In this document: positions 60,295 through 64,000 of the stretch, piece after piece
Layout of the letters: each line of letters begins with the position of its first letter
Numbering within the stretch: the first letter of the stretch is position 1
Assembly (NCBI GenBank): GCA_965215475.1
Contig: OZ244061.1
Location: forward strand, 3,431,282 to 3,495,281
Origin: Rhodothermales bacterium
GTDB taxonomy: Bacteria > Bacteroidota > Rhodothermia > Rhodothermales > Bin80
Direction: 5' to 3'
Length of the DNA: 64,000 nucleotides
Translations under genes and position numbers: made by a program
Notes under the pieces: model-generated
Seen by the model: only the letters and a program-made list of their open reading frames with translations
Told to the model about the DNA's origin: nothing
Database searches by the model: none

Positions 60295-61344
60295 ATGAGA
60301 AAACAGATTTTAGACCAGATTGATTCGGAAGGAATGTACGAGGCCGTGAAGAGTTTCTCTGAACAGTTGAAACAGGGGCGCTCCCGTGCATTGGGCATCA
60401 AAGTAGATAGCTGGTTGGGGGATGAAGTCACGGGAGTTGTGGTTGCTGGTATGGGGGGAAGTGCAATCGGAGGAGATGTTTTAGTTACCCTAGCAGCAGA
60501 TTATGCATCCATTCCAGTGGTTGTATCACGTAGTTATTCTTTACCTGAATGGGTTGGTCCCAATACAGCGGTTGTCGTCTCAAGTTATTCGGGGAATACG
60601 GAAGAAACCTTGGCTGCGTTTGAGGACGCGGTGGCTCGTAGAGCCAGAATCGTGGCGATCTCGACAGGTGGAAAACTCTCAGAGCTTGCCCACGCAAATA
60701 GCGTACCCCTAGTAGAACTCCCCTCTGGAATCCAGCCTCGGGCAGCCCTGCCACATTCATTGTCTGCTCTATTGACGATTGCCGAGACGCTCCAACTTAC
60801 AGCAGTTCGTCCAGAAGATTGGGATGAATCCGTTAACATAACCGCTCGGCAGTCCGAAGTGATGTCGAATATATCTAATCCTGATAATCCTGCGATAAAA
60901 CTGGCCAAAATTTTGCATGGCCGATTTCCGGTAATCTATAGCAGTGAGCAGTTTGCGGTAGCGAATACGCGCTGGCGCAATCAGATACATGAGAATGCGA
61001 AGAGTTTCGCGGTTGGGAACTGTCTGCCCGAGATGAATCATAATGAGATCATGGGGTGGGCACGATTTCAATCTGAGCTCAAGCAATTGGCTGTGATCGC
61101 ACTTCGCGATAAGGAAGATCATAAACGTACGCAGCGTAGACTCGAGGTAACCTACTCATTATTGGCCGAGCATGCACATAGTTGGAATGAGATTTACAGT
61201 GAAGGCAACAGTCGACTTGCCCGGCTTTTATCCATAATGTATGTCAGCGACTGGGTAAGCCTGTATCTCGCGATACTGAATGAGACTGATCCGTCTCCAG
61301 TAGGACTGATCTCCCAGTTGAAAGCAGCCTTGAAACAGGGGTAA
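60295..61344 (+). CDS. bifunctional phosphoglucose/phosphomannose isomerase (SIS family)
   Basis: The start is probably MRKQIL at 60295. Marks are GMGGSAIGGDV, SYSGNTEETL and a C-terminal bifunctional PGI/PMI-like region. Confidence 0.65.
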   Translation: MRKQILDQIDSEGMYEAVKSFSEQLKQGRSRALGIKVDSWLGDEVTGVVVAGMGGSAIGGDVLVTLAADYASIPVVVSRSYSLPEWVGPNTAVVVSSYSGNTEETLAAFEDAVARRARIVAISTGGKLSELAHANSVPLVELPSGIQPRAALPHSLSALLTIAETLQLTAVRPEDWDESVNITARQSEVMSNISNPDNPAIKLAKILHGRFPVIYSSEQFAVANTRWRNQIHENAKSFAVGNCLPEMNHNEIMGWARFQSELKQLAVIALRDKEDHKRTQRRLEVTYSLLAEHAHSWNEIYSEGNSRLARLLSIMYVSDWVSLYLAILNETDPSPVGLISQLKAALKQG

Positions 61345-61397
61345 TGACGGAACGGTGTTTGAATAATGGCGTTGCGTGCAGGAACCGTCATTGATTC

Positions 61398-64000
61398 ATG
61401 CGCTATCCAGTTGTTATATGGAGCTTGTTTGCTACCCTAGGGTTCACGGTACTTCCAGCGTTCGCCCAGTATAACTTCCACTTTGGGCGAAATAAGATCC
61501 AGTATGAAGATTTCGACTGGAATGTACTTCAGACCGAGCATTTCGATGTGTATTTCTATCCCGAAATGCAGGAGCTGGCTGAACATGGTGCAGCCTTCGC
61601 GGAAGAAGCATACGCGGAGCTTCAAAATCGATTCAACTTCTCGGTGACGCGTCGCGTCCCCATTGTATTTTATTCCTCTCAGTTGCATTTCAAGCAGACC
61701 AACATCACAGATGGATTTATTCCTGATGGTGTGGGGGGCTTTTATGAGTTTCTAAAGGGGCGTGTCGTCATTCCTGCCAATGGGAATTTACATCGATTTC
61801 GGCGAGTCATTCGCCACGAAATCGTGCATGTATTCACGATGCACAAGCTTGCCCGTGTTTTTCGGGATTATCGCATACCAATGGACCGTTTGCCACCATT
61901 ATGGTTTACGGAAGGATTGGCAGAGTATTGGTCAGGTCCGCAAGACTACCGGTATGAGATGATCATGCGGGATGCCATATTCACAAATTATTTGGTTCCT
62001 CTGGAAAATATGTACAGGATTAATGGATCCTATGTGATGTACAAGGAGGGGGAAGCATTATGTCGTTTTATTTCTGAGAATTACGGAGAAGACAAGCTCC
62101 TGTCATTGATTGATAATATCTGGATTGACCGGGATTTCAAGAAGGTCATGGAGTTTACATTACAGGAGGAAATTCAAGAGATCAGTATTCAGTGGCAGAA
62201 TTGGTTGCGCGATACTTATTATCCCAAATTGGATGAGGCGCAGAGCCCAAGTCTAATTACGGAGGCCCTTTCAATAAAAGGATTTAACTCCAAGCCGGTG
62301 TTTTACAAAACGAAAGATGGTCGGCGTCAGATTATATTCACAGGCAATCATGGAGGCTACAGTAATGTGTTTTATGTCGAGGTTGATTCGACCTACACTC
62401 CAATAGATGAACCACGGGTATTAATTCGTGGTGAGCGGAACAGTCAATTTGAATCGTTTCATCTTTTGGATAGCAAAATGGGGGTGTCAGAAGATGGATG
62501 GTTAGCGTTTGTTACCAAAAGTGGGGAGGCAGATGTCATACACACTTATGATTTGGAATCCGGCTCTACCGGTCCCATCTACGGGTTTGAGGGAATGCTC
62601 GCAGTTTATTCCCCGTCCTGGAGTCCAGATAGAACGCAAATCGCTTTTGTTGCAATAAATCAGAGCGGCTTCATTGATTTGTACGTTTATGATACAGATG
62701 CAGATCAGCTGAGACGTCTAACGAATGATAGTTATGATGAGCGAGACCCTTCCTGGAGCCCAGATGGTCAATATCTTGTTTTTTCGTCCGATCGAACTTC
62801 AAAGGGATATGACAATGCCTACAATCTGTTTATGTATGAGCTTGATACCGGCACGATTGATTATATCACGCATGGTTCACAGCATGATTTTTCTCCCAGT
62901 TGGAGTCCAGATGGAAATCAGATCATCTATACGAGTACGAAAAAAGATTCCACTGGCCGATACGGAGGGCAAGATCTGTATGTGATTGATGCCAAGGTAA
63001 CTACGCCTTTCGTTGTCTTAGCCGATACGGAAATCTATCCAAGTCGCCAAATAAGCCCAGGAGTGCGATGGAAAAAACGGCTAACGGAGTTCACAACCGC
63101 AATTTTTGACCCCGTTTGGACCCAGGATGACAAGATTGTTTTTTCTGCATTTGAAAATTATCGATTTACCGTTCGAGCTATGGGAGGTCTGGATACATTG
63201 TTGCAGAAACCGGTGTCGTTACATTCAGAGTCCTTGGTCACGGAATCTCAGCAGCCCTGGGTATTTCCTCGGATTGAGGCCACTTCGGAAACCGATCGTT
63301 TGCGGTATCGTCGGAGATATGGATTGGATATTGCTCAGGGACAGATCTCCAGTAATGCAGTCTGGGGCACAGGAGGTGCTGCTGTCCTTGCCTTATCAGA
63401 TCTATTAGGCAATGATCGATTCTTTCTCACCATTTTTAGTGCTAGTGAATCCACAGGAGATTTTCTTCAGAGCTTGAATGTAAACATATCCAGGCTTCAT
63501 CTCAATCGTAGGGCAAATCTTGGTTATGGAGTATATCGCTATGGAGGATTGAGGTACGATCTGACGGATCCGGATGCGCCAACGGAGTTTCCTAGGTTTT
63601 GGGAAGAGGTATGGGGTGGATTTGGAGCAGTAAGTTACCCGATCTCGATGTTTCGGCGGATTGAGGTAACCACTTCTCTGAGTTGGGATCATAAGGAAGT
63701 GCCTCAACGGAGGATTGATCGTCAGGCACTTTTATTGACAAACCAAATTAGTCTGGTTCATGATAATGCCTTATTTGGATATAATGGTCCTCAAGATGGA
63801 TGGAGAGGAAGAATATCGGCAGCTTACACCACGGACCTATTGTATTCCAACGTGAATTATATCACTCTGGAAGCGGATATTCGGCATTATTTGAAATTAG
63901 CACGGAGTGTCACGTTTGCATCTCGTGCTTTGGGGCGCATGAATCATGGACGTGAAGCTCGGCTATGGTTTATGGGAGGTAGTTGGGACTTACGGGGCTA
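61398..64000 (+). CDS. peptidase-MA-like (HExxH) + PD40/TolB-like beta-propeller + C-terminal barrel-like protein; 3' end outside the window
   Basis: This ORF is absent from the track because it has no stop in the window. My hand translation from ATG 61398 is open to base 64000. It shows a signal peptide (VIWSLFATLGFTVLPAFAQ), RHEIVH, and repeated SWSPDR/SWSPDG PD40 motifs. Confidence 0.75.
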   Translation, partial: MRYPVVIWSLFATLGFTVLPAFAQYNFHFGRNKIQYEDFDWNVLQTEHFDVYFYPEMQELAEHGAAFAEEAYAELQNRFNFSVTRRVPIVFYSSQLHFKQTNITDGFIPDGVGGFYEFLKGRVVIPANGNLHRFRRVIRHEIVHVFTMHKLARVFRDYRIPMDRLPPLWFTEGLAEYWSGPQDYRYEMIMRDAIFTNYLVPLENMYRINGSYVMYKEGEALCRFISENYGEDKLLSLIDNIWIDRDFKKVMEFTLQEEIQEISIQWQNWLRDTYYPKLDEAQSPSLITEALSIKGFNSKPVFYKTKDGRRQIIFTGNHGGYSNVFYVEVDSTYTPIDEPRVLIRGERNSQFESFHLLDSKMGVSEDGWLAFVTKSGEADVIHTYDLESGSTGPIYGFEGMLAVYSPSWSPDRTQIAFVAINQSGFIDLYVYDTDADQLRRLTNDSYDERDPSWSPDGQYLVFSSDRTSKGYDNAYNLFMYELDTGTIDYITHGSQHDFSPSWSPDGNQIIYTSTKKDSTGRYGGQDLYVIDAKVTTPFVVLADTEIYPSRQISPGVRWKKRLTEFTTAIFDPVWTQDDKIVFSAFENYRFTVRAMGGLDTLLQKPVSLHSESLVTESQQPWVFPRIEATSETDRLRYRRRYGLDIAQGQISSNAVWGTGGAAVLALSDLLGNDRFFLTIFSASESTGDFLQSLNVNISRLHLNRRANLGYGVYRYGGLRYDLTDPDAPTEFPRFWEEVWGGFGAVSYPISMFRRIEVTTSLSWDHKEVPQRRIDRQALLLTNQISLVHDNALFGYNGPQDGWRGRISAAYTTDLLYSNVNYITLEADIRHYLKLARSVTFASRALGRMNHGREARLWFMGGSWDLRG

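Overview
This is a 64-kb chromosomal window, most likely from an FCB-group bacterium (Bacteroidota, Balneolota or Rhodothermota-like). The taxonomic guess rests on a T9SS C-terminal sorting domain, an HU-SPOR protein, an lptC/lptA-like/lptB block and an archaeal-type asd. Most of the window is housekeeping: SAM-I riboswitch-metY-metX, asd, tRNA-Gly(GCC), lptC/A/B, prfA, rpsF-rpsR-rplI, dsbD-like, sbcB, ROK/SIS sugar genes, pfkB kinase, folB, maf, parA-like, penicillin-acylase family, NSS transporter, adk, polyprenyl synthase and PGI/PMI. Three accessory patches interrupt it. (1) At 1.2-7.0 kb, with a related gene at 10.1-11.9 kb, sits a visibly AT-rich, tightly coupled three-gene operon. It encodes an unknown 259-aa protein, a PHP-nuclease/Rad50-like ABC ATPase (Ppl-like), and a Schlafen/AlbA_2-HATPase_c_4 protein. 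A second AlbA_2 paralog lies on the other side of metYX. This operon is my best candidate for an undescribed multi-component defence system. (2) At 25.5-40.0 kb lies an IS graveyard: three ISL3 copies, a two-ORF IS256-like element, an IS4-like element and its MITE. It also holds a truncated hsdR, a gutted DUF5916 gene and a plant-type LRR/T9SS surface protein whose start codon lies inside an ISL3 target duplication. (3) At 52.0-56.4 kb an insertion separates a luxE-like from a luxC-like gene. It carries a freshly inserted IS1634-family element, an IR-IR palindrome and a compact minus-strand cassette of two tandem DUF488 genes plus an unknown protein. A solo, frameshifted tnpB with a left-end hairpin sits at 47.6-48.9 kb. 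All family calls come from motif recognition by eye; no database search or computation was run.
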